The translations under genes and the position numbers were made by a program. A stretch of DNA of 64,000 bases from a virus, in the IMG/VR virus record IMGVR_UViG_3300012953_006686, positions 1-64,000 of that record; one strand, given 5' to 3'. The notes under the pieces were generated by a model that did not search any database, was not told where the DNA came from, and saw only the letters and a list, made by a program, of their open reading frames with translations. How positions within the stretch are numbered: position 1 is the first letter of the stretch; the number at the start of each line of letters is the position of its first letter. Positions 49,543 through 58,221 of the stretch are shown here, one piece after another.

Positions 49543-50369
49543 TCGTACCCCAAGTCCTTGTAGCTCTGTGGCAGTTTACCATCCTTGAACTCAAAGCGGC
49601 GCTTCCAAATTGGAGAAGCCTGCTGCCAGTTATCAAGGTCTAAGTGAATGCGACTTGCGGCTGCATTTGGCTGCATATAAATTTCATCGAACTTTGGCTT
49701 ATCTGAAAATGTCTGTGCGTCATAAATTGGCGCGTGATCTTTAGTCTTGTTAATATAGTGATTACAAGTAGTTGCATCAGTTTCTGAATCAAATAGCTTG
49801 CCACCATCTGCTTGCACCCTGAACATAAGATCGTGCAGGGGATGGTTAATATATTCAAACTGACAATCCCAACCGCCAAGCTCCTTAAAATAATCCATTC
49901 TCATAAAATGGTGAAGGGAAATCTTGTATTCTTGTGGAATTCCTGGGAGTCTAAGCTCTCCGTGCGCATGCGCAGTCCAGAATCCTGGATGGAGTGTCTG
50001 TCCGCCATACATTGCGCCTTCTCTATAGCGCATATTTACGACATCTTTGTCAGATCCAAAGTCTCTCAAGAACCTCACCGCGTTGTCAATTGCATCAGGC
50101 AAAAAAATCGCATCATCTACACAGTGATACATATACTCGCCCTCGCACTGTAGCGCGCCGATCTGCGCAGCTCTAGTTGGTGCACCATAATCTTTGATAA
50201 GTTTAACGTTGTCAAAATGCTGCATCTCAGGTGGTAAATCAAATGGACTCACCAACACAAGTTCCCACGTATGGTTCTTGCAAGCGTTATATAGGCTTCC
50301 GTACATCATAAGCCATTGGTGTGTTCTAATTGCCGGCATCAATACCGAAACATCATATTTATAGGTCAT
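49539..50369 (-). CDS. GT-A fold (GT2-like) glycosyltransferase, copy 3
   Basis: VSVLMPAIR, WELVLVSP, KDYGAPTR, VDD, LGGWDC and DLMFRVQ. Confidence 0.75.
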   Translation of the reverse strand: MTYKYDVSVLMPAIRTHQWLMMYGSLYNACKNHTWELVLVSPFDLPPEMQHFDNVKLIKDYGAPTRAAQIGALQCEGEYMYHCVDDAIFLPDAIDNAVRFLRDFGSDKDVVNMRYREGAMYGGQTLHPGFWTAHAHGELRLPGIPQEYKISLHHFMRMDYFKELGGWDCQFEYINHPLHDLMFRVQADGGKLFDSETDATTCNHYINKTKDHAPIYDAQTFSDKPKFDEIYMQPNAAASRIHLDLDNWQQASPIWKRRFEFKDGKLPQSYKDLGYE

Positions 50370-51336
50370 AACCTAAATCTCCCATAATCTTTTTCCAAAA
50401 TTTTGCAGCATTGTACTTCTTCTTATAAGCACCATGTCCTTTATTAGCAATATATTCTCTTTCTTTGTCGTTGTCAAGATAATAATTTATTTTTTCTACT
50501 AAATCTTGTTCATTTTCAAATTCAACGTAGTGAACGCCGGGCTTCAGGTAATTCTTAATGCACTCGTTCTTTCGCTCCAAGAGTAGAGACTTGCTTGCTA
50601 AAATCTCCCAGACACGACCTTTGCATTGATCATATCCATCTGGACCTTCTGGAAAGTTTAAGCTAATCTTGCTGTGACGCATTAGCTGTGCATATCGTTC
50701 TGGTGATAGACCTTCTTCTCGTTGACCCCCTCCAATGTGAACCGGAACACCATTAGTTACAAGGTGAGTTAAATACTTCTGCCTCTCAGGATACCGAGGG
50801 CTTCCTAGAAAGCTAGCGCCCAGCTCTTGTTCTCCATCGAGTGGGTGATACAAACTATCATCTTGAGGCGCCCAAAGCCATACTAGGTTTTCAATATCTG
50901 TAGCAGTATTTCTTTCAGATCCCCAACAAACGTGCAAGTCTGCAAAGCCTTTTTCGTTTAAATCTTCAATCTCGGGAAGACCCCACCCATCAAAAACATC
51001 AGGCCACATAAAAACTGTCTTGCAGCCTTTTTCGCGAATATATTCATAACTTGCGTCTGAAGGGTTAAGGTGCGATTTGCCCAACAACGAGAAAACCACA
51101 ATATCGGGTTTTGTTCTGTCAAGCAATGTTGGCAAAAATGTATCGATGTGCTTCTTTTTTACCAACGAATATTCATCCATATGCACAATATTAAACTGTG
51201 TGTCTGGGAACGTATTCTTAAACGTTCTAAAAAGGTTGTGATAGTTGTTTGTCAAGCCCTTGTTTGGGTTGGCGTCACACCACTTTTCTGTTACAAACAA
51301 AACTTTCGGGTTACTTTTCTCCATAATAGTCTCCAT
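50359..51336 (-). CDS. GT-B glycosyltransferase, CgeB/Glyco_trans_1_2-like
   Basis: SFLGS....R, SKISLNF, KGRVWEI, HYVEF...DLVEKINYYL....RE.IA..G. Confidence 0.8.
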   Translation of the reverse strand: METIMEKSNPKVLFVTEKWCDANPNKGLTNNYHNLFRTFKNTFPDTQFNIVHMDEYSLVKKKHIDTFLPTLLDRTKPDIVVFSLLGKSHLNPSDASYEYIREKGCKTVFMWPDVFDGWGLPEIEDLNEKGFADLHVCWGSERNTATDIENLVWLWAPQDDSLYHPLDGEQELGASFLGSPRYPERQKYLTHLVTNGVPVHIGGGQREEGLSPERYAQLMRHSKISLNFPEGPDGYDQCKGRVWEILASKSLLLERKNECIKNYLKPGVHYVEFENEQDLVEKINYYLDNDKEREYIANKGHGAYKKKYNAAKFWKKIMGDLGYDL

Positions 51337-51850
51337 ATTCTACTACAATTGTGCTCTTACCATCAGTGCGGTTATATGCCTTATGATATGCTGGAAACAC
51401 GTCTGAAGGATCTTCACAGCGAATAACCTCTATGTTGCGCAACATTCCGCGGAAAGCTTGTGTAAAGTCTCCCGTATGTTGCGCTTGTGGATTCAGCGGT
51501 CTCTCAGAGCCAATTCCAACTCGTATAATTACTTTTGGCGCATATTCACCGTGTGAATAAGCTTTAAGTCTGTCAAGATGATTAACGAGCTGATTAACCG
51601 CGCAGAGAAGAAAGTTCCAGCGAGGATAAATACTAACTGGCACGCTGCCGTTTACAGCCATACCTGTGGCGATGCCCATCTGCATCTCTTCATCAACTGG
51701 CATTTCAATTAGCTTGTCTTTATCTACATCTTTAAGCGTGTTGGTCATTGCGGTGCCCTTGTAGGCGACTGCTTGTCCAATAAATACTGTATCTGGCTGT
51801 TCACCCAGGTACTCCATTGCTCTTTTTAGTTCATCAAAATATTGTCCCAT
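51311..51850 (-). CDS. ThDP-dependent enzyme, pyrimidine-binding subunit (E1-beta/transketolase-like, short)
   Basis: FIGQ.V, IEMPVDEEMQMGIATGMA, NQLVN and QH motifs. Lacks the C-terminal domain. Confidence 0.8.
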   Translation of the reverse strand: MGQYFDELKRAMEYLGEQPDTVFIGQAVAYKGTAMTNTLKDVDKDKLIEMPVDEEMQMGIATGMAVNGSVPVSIYPRWNFLLCAVNQLVNHLDRLKAYSHGEYAPKVIIRVGIGSERPLNPQAQHTGDFTQAFRGMLRNIEVIRCEDPSDVFPAYHKAYNRTDGKSTIVVEYGDYYGEK

Positions 51851-52449
51851 TATTGCTGCTCCCTATTTTTTAAATTATATCTTGCTAGATATTTTTCAAA
51901 TAATACTAACCCAGTTTCATTAATCATCTTTTGTTGTGTTTCCTTTTTTTCTAATTCTGAAATTATACACTTAGTAGACCTTTGATGACCTGAAAGCTCA
52001 TACATATCGTGGACATATTTTCTTATTTTTGAAAAATCAGCTTTCAAATTATATTTGATGTCCAAAAAGTCTGCAATTGTAAAAAACAAATCATCTTGTT
52101 CTTTTAAATCTTCATAATAAACTACCATTTTTGGTGACTTAATGTTATCAAATCTGCGAATCTGTCTGGCGTATCCAGATAATTGTAATCCGTATGGGCG
52201 AGATTTTGCTTTTGTTGTCTTAAGGGTTATGAAGTTTCTTAACAAAAGAATATGTCTGTCAAATTTTGAATCTGCTTGTTTTGAAGTAATTCCAGTAAAA
52301 TAATGAACATATGAAGGTAAATACTTGCTTCCCCAAATTGTTTTATATTCACTTTTTTCATCTAAATGTTCAGTCATCGCATATAAACCTAAAGATAACA
52401 AATGAAGCCCACTTCGTGGATGAGAGTAAATTATTACTTTATCTCTCAA
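51850..52449 (-). CDS. Sulfotransferase-fold protein (divergent)
   Basis: N-terminal YSHPRSG resembles the PAPS-binding loop; also LLLRN and VYYEDL....IADFL. Confidence 0.55.
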   Translation of the reverse strand: MRDKVIIYSHPRSGLHLLSLGLYAMTEHLDEKSEYKTIWGSKYLPSYVHYFTGITSKQADSKFDRHILLLRNFITLKTTKAKSRPYGLQLSGYARQIRRFDNIKSPKMVVYYEDLKEQDDLFFTIADFLDIKYNLKADFSKIRKYVHDMYELSGHQRSTKCIISELEKKETQQKMINETGLVLFEKYLARYNLKNREQQ

Positions 52450-53063
52450 AACTGAACTCTTTTACCGGCGCCGGCGTGTGGATACTTATCTAAACTATAC
52501 TTGTAGTACGTCACATATTCGTCGTTAACGCCTTCATAGGTCAGCTTTTCCTGACCCCAAGTCTCGCGCGTGTCCGTGCAGACAGACTTGCCGTTGTCTT
52601 CGATAATAAAATGAATCGGCAGCTTGTGGTTGCGAGAATACTTAATACATTCGTGAGCTACTCCTGTTTCAGAGGTCATATCGCCCATAAAGCAGTAAAC
52701 CCTGTTAGAGCCTCCGCGGCGCTTAATGTCTAAAGCAAGACCAGTCGCAATAGGGAGAACGCCCGTTACAATCCCCGAACACAATACTCGGTATTCACTG
52801 AAGCACAACGAAATAGAACGACCCTGCAGGATTGCTGCTTTTAGTTGATCTTTGGGAACACCCTTCAATAAACACTGATAATGGCTGCGCCAGGATCCCA
52901 GCACCCAATCATCGACTCCGATATTGTGTCTTTTGAATACATCAATCATTTGTTCTTCGTTACCGTGGTAAAGGTGCACAGGGGCACGAATCATAGCCGC
53001 ATCAAAACACGCGGCCATCTCTACCTCAAATTCAATTAACTCTTCTTTTGTGAGCATATACAC
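52446..53063 (-). CDS. ThDP-dependent enzyme, diphosphate-binding subunit (E1-alpha-like, short)
   Basis: HL..GNEE, WRSHY..L.KG, SGIV and the GD...ETG..HE...FIIEDN ThDP motif. Confidence 0.85.
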   Translation of the reverse strand: MYMLTKEELIEFEVEMAACFDAAMIRAPVHLYHGNEEQMIDVFKRHNIGVDDWVLGSWRSHYQCLLKGVPKDQLKAAILQGRSISLCFSEYRVLCSGIVTGVLPIATGLALDIKRRGGSNRVYCFMGDMTSETGVAHECIKYSRNHKLPIHFIIEDNGKSVCTDTRETWGQEKLTYEGVNDEYVTYYKYSLDKYPHAGAGKRVQF

Positions 53064-53071
53064 CCCCTAGG

Positions 53072-54580
53072 TTAATCGCCCAACAGCTTTCTTTTAAGCT
53101 TAATTTCTGTCATTTTTTCGATGCCCTGTCTTGTACCAAGTCCGAACTTCTTCTCTATCATATCAAGATATGCATCATTTTTATAGTATTTTGTGAAGGC
53201 TTCATCACGAAACTTAAGTACCTCTGCGGCAGAAATATGTTTAGTCGGAAGGGGGGATGTTTCATATGAGTGTTGAGAGTATCCCACATAGGTCTCTGGC
53301 AGCTCCCAGCCTTCTTTAAGGGCGTCTAAATAAAGTTTAGAGCCAGGGTATGCCATGGCAGAATAAAAGTTCGCAAACTCGCAATTAAGCTCCATTGACA
53401 TATCTAAAGTATCTTGCATGGTTTCAACAGTGTCTTCTGGGAGTCCAAAGATGTAGTTTCCAATGACGTTAATATCATAATCTTGAACTTTCTTTACCAA
53501 ATCTACAATGTTAACTTCTGTAAATCTACCTTTAACTACATCTTGTCGAACTACTTTATTGCCAGATTCAATTCCGAGCGCTAACCAATTAACGCCGGCG
53601 TTCTTTAGTGTTTCTAGATATTCTTCTTTAACGGTATCAATTCTAGCATACGCCCAAATATTAAAATCATATTTTCTTTCAATTATCAAATCACACAGCT
53701 TCATAAAGTGCTTTTTGTATAAAACAAACATCTCATCTGCAATCTTAACATTTTTAATTCCCATCTCAGCAATTTGATCAAATTCAGATATGATGTATTC
53801 TGGATCCCAAAATCTAAATTTGTTTCTGCCATAGTCCCAATTTTCAAGATTGTTGTTGCCAAACGGGGCATTAATACAACAAAAGCTACACTTAAACGGG
53901 CAACCTAAACTTGTATATAAAGAAGCAAATGGCTTTCTATCATCTCCGTTAGTCATAGCGTGCCAATTAGCAGTTCTATAATTACCCATCGGAAGTAAAT
54001 CCCAGGCCATGCCAGGTAATTCGTCCACCATTTCTTCTTGAGATATTAAAGGAGCAGGCTTTGTATAACAAATATTCCCGTCTTCCCTATACCACAAGCC
54101 TGGAACATTACGCAATTGTGAAGGTTCATCCATATTGACATTTAATAATCCGGCAATAGTATGCGGGCCTTCACCTTGGCAAACAAAATCTGCTATTTCA
54201 TCGTTCATGGTTTGTCGCGATACAGCAGAAGGATGCAGTCCGACTAACAATGTCTTGTACCCAGGATAATTATTTTTAAGCTCTTGTAAAAGGTAACGTG
54301 TTCCAATCATGTTCTGAGTTGAAGCAGATGGCTGTTGTCCATAAATTACTATAACCACAAGCCTGGGGTCATATAAACTAATGGCTTCTGCAGATTGAGC
54401 GGCATCAATTCTCATTGCCTCGCAATCTAAAACTCTTGTAGAATATCCATTCTTGCGCGCATTCTGCGCCAATAGAGCCGCCCAAATTGGCGGCTCGATA
54501 GCAGAATATTCTTTACTTAATTTTTGATAGATAATTGGGGCGCCGTTAGGGTGCACAAATAATACGTCTAATTTACTCAT
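53072..54580 (-). CDS. Cobalamin-dependent radical SAM protein (class B methyltransferase-like)
   Basis: N-terminal B12-binding domain (EPP.W, G.HPSA, GEG), GCPFKCSFC cluster motif, GIESG, IFGLP.DT and YPGS.L. Confidence 0.9.
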   Translation of the reverse strand: MSKLDVLFVHPNGAPIIYQKLSKEYSAIEPPIWAALLAQNARKNGYSTRVLDCEAMRIDAAQSAEAISLYDPRLVVIVIYGQQPSASTQNMIGTRYLLQELKNNYPGYKTLLVGLHPSAVSRQTMNDEIADFVCQGEGPHTIAGLLNVNMDEPSQLRNVPGLWYREDGNICYTKPAPLISQEEMVDELPGMAWDLLPMGNYRTANWHAMTNGDDRKPFASLYTSLGCPFKCSFCCINAPFGNNNLENWDYGRNKFRFWDPEYIISEFDQIAEMGIKNVKIADEMFVLYKKHFMKLCDLIIERKYDFNIWAYARIDTVKEEYLETLKNAGVNWLALGIESGNKVVRQDVVKGRFTEVNIVDLVKKVQDYDINVIGNYIFGLPEDTVETMQDTLDMSMELNCEFANFYSAMAYPGSKLYLDALKEGWELPETYVGYSQHSYETSPLPTKHISAAEVLKFRDEAFTKYYKNDAYLDMIEKKFGLGTRQGIEKMTEIKLKRKLLGD

Positions 54581-55565
54581 TTTTATCCCTTTGAAGATGT
54601 TTCATTTCATATGTCACTGCAGGCGATCCAAGTTTTTTTATAATTTCGTATTGCGCGGTTGGCGGCATTGAGCGGATATCATCACCAAGAGGTAAATATG
54701 CATATGGTGTATCGGTAGATTCAAATTGGGATTTCCACTTGCGAGACCACAATGTATCGGCTTTTTTCCACTGAGACTTTACATCTAAATTAATTTGTAG
54801 TTCTTCTTTCCAAGTGGCTTTCTTATAGGTTTTGTTGTATAATGGCTCATCATGAGTTATTTGCGCGTCATGAATAATGCCATGGCTCTCGTTATCGTTT
54901 TGTTGTGTGCACATCAGAATAGGTATACCTTCTAAAAGTTGGACATTAGCATCATCTGCCTGAGCGCGGATGGCGAGGTCGGTATAAGCAAGAGCAGTAC
55001 ACTCATAGTCGCAATTGATCCCACCTAATTGATCATAATATTCTCTATACATAATTGCACTATTTAAAATAAAATAGTCATCTGGAATGTGTTCACTTCC
55101 TATTCCGTTTCCTTCCTTATCTTTGTGAAAATTGATCTTATAATATTCATCAGTATAAACTTTTTCATTTTCAGTAAATTTATAAGTTACAATATTCTTT
55201 ATATCGTTCCCCATTTTATCTAACCGTGCGAGGGCAGTTTCGAGCCCATATGGTACAAAAAATCCATCATCAGATATCCAAGTAATAAGTTCACCTTCTG
55301 CTATAGCGGCGCCGATGGCGTGGGCGCGGACAGGACTTCCATAATCTTTAATTACTTTAAAATTAGGCGCTAACAATAAGGCAGGCTCAATCGCGTAAGG
55401 ATATGGAGTTATTAAAATTAATTCAAAAGAGCTGCTAGTAGAGCCTATAATAGAATTGTATATATCTGTCCAATACTCAGGTCTAATACCCGGCACAAGT
55501 ACAGATAGCTTGGGCTTATCCGATATAATATTATAATCTATTTTTTTAGGTGGCTGTAAGTACAT
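54573..55565 (-). CDS. GT-A fold (GT2-like) glycosyltransferase, copy 2
   Basis: LSVLVPGIR, FELILITP, KDYGSPVR, SDD, LGGINC and DLAIRAQ. Tandem duplicate of the upstream gene. Confidence 0.75.
   Translation of the reverse strand: MYLQPPKKIDYNIISDKPKLSVLVPGIRPEYWTDIYNSIIGSTSSSFELILITPYPYAIEPALLLAPNFKVIKDYGSPVRAHAIGAAIAEGELITWISDDGFFVPYGLETALARLDKMGNDIKNIVTYKFTENEKVYTDEYYKINFHKDKEGNGIGSEHIPDDYFILNSAIMYREYYDQLGGINCDYECTALAYTDLAIRAQADDANVQLLEGIPILMCTQQNDNESHGIIHDAQITHDEPLYNKTYKKATWKEELQINLDVKSQWKKADTLWSRKWKSQFESTDTPYAYLPLGDDIRSMPPTAQYEIIKKLGSPAVTYEMKHLQRDKNE
55126..55205. repeat. Near-identical ~80-bp segment shared by the tandem GT paralogs (second copy 56137-56216)
   Basis: A 53-nt exact match (55144-55196 = 56155-56207) inside an ~80-nt block with two mismatches; offset 1011 bp. 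Confidence 0.85.
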
Positions 55566-55577
55566 GCTCTATTATGA

Positions 55578-56576
55578 TTATGATAATTTTGTCAAGGCTG
55601 AAAGTTTTTCGTTCAAGGTTGCCAGTTTTGCGCTAGCGTGTTTTACGATTTTTGCAGCCATCGCGATGCCGATAGTGTGATATGAATACATTCCGTCTGT
55701 TCCGTAAGCTGTTGCATGCTCAATTCTTTTTTTGATAATTGGCTCATATTTACGGGGCCATGCAAGAGGAGCAGATTTCCAATTGTTTAACTTTAAATTA
55801 ATTTTTATATTATCTCGCCACGTTGACGATTTATAGGTTTTAGCGTAAAGAGGCTCATCATGGGTTTGCTGGGCACTTTCTACGTGCGTGTGTCTATTAT
55901 CTCCAGGCGTAAACTGACCACACATTAAAATAGGGGGACCATCGACCAATTCTACACGTGCTCCATCAAATTGGGCACGAATAGCAAAGTCAGTATATGC
56001 CATGGCAGTTCCTTCATAAGAGCAGTCAATTCCTCCTAATTCTTCATAATATGCGCGATGCATAAGGCAACAATTAAAAATATAATAATCATCTGGAATA
56101 TGCTCGCTTCCTATTCCATTTCCTTCTTTATCTTGATGAAAATTGATCTTATAGTATTCATCAGTATAAACTTTTTCATTTTCAGTAAATTTATAAGTTA
56201 CAATATTTTTTATATCACCCCCCATTTTGCCTAACTGTGCAAGAGCGGTTTCTAATCCTAATGGTGCTATAACTCCATCATCAGCGATCCAAGTAATAAA
56301 TTTTCCTTCTGCCAAAGAGGCGCCGATGGCATGCGCTCGGACTGGTGATCCATAATCTTTAACAATCTTAATATTTGTACACCACCAAAACCAAGGCGGA
56401 ATATCATAGCCATTTGGAGTTATAATGATAAGTTCAAATGATCGAGATGTTGAAGCTACTAGAGAGTTATAAACGTTAGTCCACTTTTCAGGGTGTATTG
56501 CCGGCATAATTATAGACAACTCGGGCTTGTCTTTGGTTATATTGTACTCTTCATGTGTGGGGGGTCGTAAATACAT
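55578..56576 (-). CDS. GT-A fold (GT2-like) glycosyltransferase, copy 1
   Basis: LSIIMPAIH, FELIIITP, KDYGSPVR, ADD, LGGIDC and DFAIRAQ. Confidence 0.75.
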   Translation of the reverse strand: MYLRPPTHEEYNITKDKPELSIIMPAIHPEKWTNVYNSLVASTSRSFELIIITPNGYDIPPWFWWCTNIKIVKDYGSPVRAHAIGASLAEGKFITWIADDGVIAPLGLETALAQLGKMGGDIKNIVTYKFTENEKVYTDEYYKINFHQDKEGNGIGSEHIPDDYYIFNCCLMHRAYYEELGGIDCSYEGTAMAYTDFAIRAQFDGARVELVDGPPILMCGQFTPGDNRHTHVESAQQTHDEPLYAKTYKSSTWRDNIKINLKLNNWKSAPLAWPRKYEPIIKKRIEHATAYGTDGMYSYHTIGIAMAAKIVKHASAKLATLNEKLSALTKLS

Positions 56577-56584
56577 TTTCTATC

Positions 56585-57517
56585 TTAATAATTTGCATAC
56601 CAAGGAGATTCAATGATGCTGTAAGCTTTAATAAGCTGACCAATACCATCATCTAAGTTATATTTGCACTCAAATCCCTTATCATAAAATTTTTGACTAC
56701 TAACAATATAATCACGTGTATCAGGATCGGAAGTAAATTCTGCTTTAATAATCTCAAGCGGAAGGTGTTCCTTAATCTTTTGTGCTAGCTGAAGCTTGTT
56801 CATGTTAATAGCATCGTTGCCTACATTGTAAGTTTCATTCTTGCACTCTTCCCAATTGTTAATCACAAACATAAATGCGCGACAAACATCCTGTAGGTGT
56901 ACATAATTGCGCATAAATTCACACTCATAAAGTACCAATACACGTTCGCGGAGAGCCTTAAGAACAAAATTGTTAACCAGCAAATCGGTTCGCATACGAG
57001 AACCGGGACCAAACACAGTCGCTAATCTAAATGTTACATAATTATCAATATTTTTAAATTCATTTTCTGCCGCTACTTTTGTTTTTCCATAAAGGGTAAT
57101 TGGATTAAGAGGAGATTGTTCAGTGCACACAGAACCATCGACACTAACTCCATAGCCAGAATTAGTACAAGGGTAAATCACCTTTTGTTCTGGTGTTTTG
57201 TTTTTGGCAATCCAGGCGTTAACTCCATGATTGATCTCAACGGCACCTCTCTTATCTCTATCACAAAGAGGAAACCCCACTAATGCCGCCAAAGGAATGA
57301 TTATATCAGCTTTTGGCATGTGCTCGTGCAAAAACTCTAGATTTACAACGTCACCCTTAATAAAAGTAAAATTAGGATTAATAGTATATCGTAACAACGA
57401 TGTGGCATCATACATTAGGTTATCAATGATTGTAACTTCATGACCTTCTTTCAAAAGATGCTCGGTTAATTCGCTACCAATGTAGCCGGCGCCGCCGGTA
57501 ATAAGAACTTTAGACAT
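56585..57517 (-). CDS. NAD-dependent nucleotide-sugar epimerase/dehydratase/reductase (SDR)
   Basis: TGGAGYIGS, LAALVG.P.C, YGKTK and RLATVFG...RMR.DLLVN.F. Confidence 0.88.
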   Translation of the reverse strand: MSKVLITGGAGYIGSELTEHLLKEGHEVTIIDNLMYDATSLLRYTINPNFTFIKGDVVNLEFLHEHMPKADIIIPLAALVGFPLCDRDKRGAVEINHGVNAWIAKNKTPEQKVIYPCTNSGYGVSVDGSVCTEQSPLNPITLYGKTKVAAENEFKNIDNYVTFRLATVFGPGSRMRTDLLVNNFVLKALRERVLVLYECEFMRNYVHLQDVCRAFMFVINNWEECKNETYNVGNDAINMNKLQLAQKIKEHLPLEIIKAEFTSDPDTRDYIVSSQKFYDKGFECKYNLDDGIGQLIKAYSIIESPWYANY

Positions 57518-57814
57518 TTACAACTCCAATTTTCCTGTTAAGGTGTCTTTAAGCATAACCCAGTCGCATGCTTTAGCCCACAGAGGTCTTGAAAATGCTG
57601 CTGGCTCATTCTTTTCAAACACAAAATGACCAGTCCACGCAAAAGGATAAACCACAAATGGAGCTGCTAACAGTAACAACCATGTTTGAGTATATATTAC
57701 CGCACTAATGAACATAATTGTAGCCGCTTGCCCTAAAATATGCATGCGCCGACACCATTTGTTTTGATGTAAAGTAAGATAATATTGATAATATTCACTA
57801 AATGTCATTTCCAA
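57518..57814 (-). CDS. DUF962/Mpo1-like membrane protein
   Basis: YL..HQN..CRRMH..G, hydrophobic core and AW.GHF.FEKN.PA.F..P. Confidence 0.8.
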   Translation of the reverse strand: MEMTFSEYYQYYLTLHQNKWCRRMHILGQAATIMFISAVIYTQTWLLLLAAPFVVYPFAWTGHFVFEKNEPAAFSRPLWAKACDWVMLKDTLTGKLEL

Positions 57815-58212
57815 CTAATCTCCCAATCTTTAAAATCAGCTGCGAGACAATCAATCTTATAATCTTTCCTACCGCCCATAATCTCTTGGATACAATTTTT
57901 GGCAGTGTTTCTAATTCCATTTAAACCGTGTGTTAGTTCTAAATTATTACCATCTTTGATACCTTTGCGATAATTGGATTCATTGTGCCAGATGTGCAAA
58001 TTCATCTGAGATAGAACTACAATTGCTCGGATTGTCTCTGCTGTAATTCCTTCACTTTGATCCAACAATAATTGGATATCGTGGGTGATATCAGCGATTT
58101 CTTGCGCATATTCTGTTTTGTGTTCAGGTATAAATACCTCTTTTAATTGGGCGATCGATAATCTATCTATCAGCTCCGATAATGTTGGTAAATACTTTCT
58201 ACTAGTGTCCAT
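57805..58212 (-). CDS. Hypothetical helical protein (DUF4254-like) common in glycan loci
   Basis: ELIDRLSI..LK, N..IWH.E...R and N..RN..K..I pattern. Confidence 0.55.
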   Translation of the reverse strand: MDTSRKYLPTLSELIDRLSIAQLKEVFIPEHKTEYAQEIADITHDIQLLLDQSEGITAETIRAIVVLSQMNLHIWHNESNYRKGIKDGNNLELTHGLNGIRNTAKNCIQEIMGGRKDYKIDCLAADFKDWEISWK

Positions 58213-58221
58213 GATATATCC

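Noticed and set aside
51311-53063. Pyruvate dehydrogenase E1 as an energy-metabolism auxiliary gene
   Set aside because: Both subunits are much shorter than true E1 subunits, no E2/E3 is present, and the context is nucleotide-sugar synthesis.
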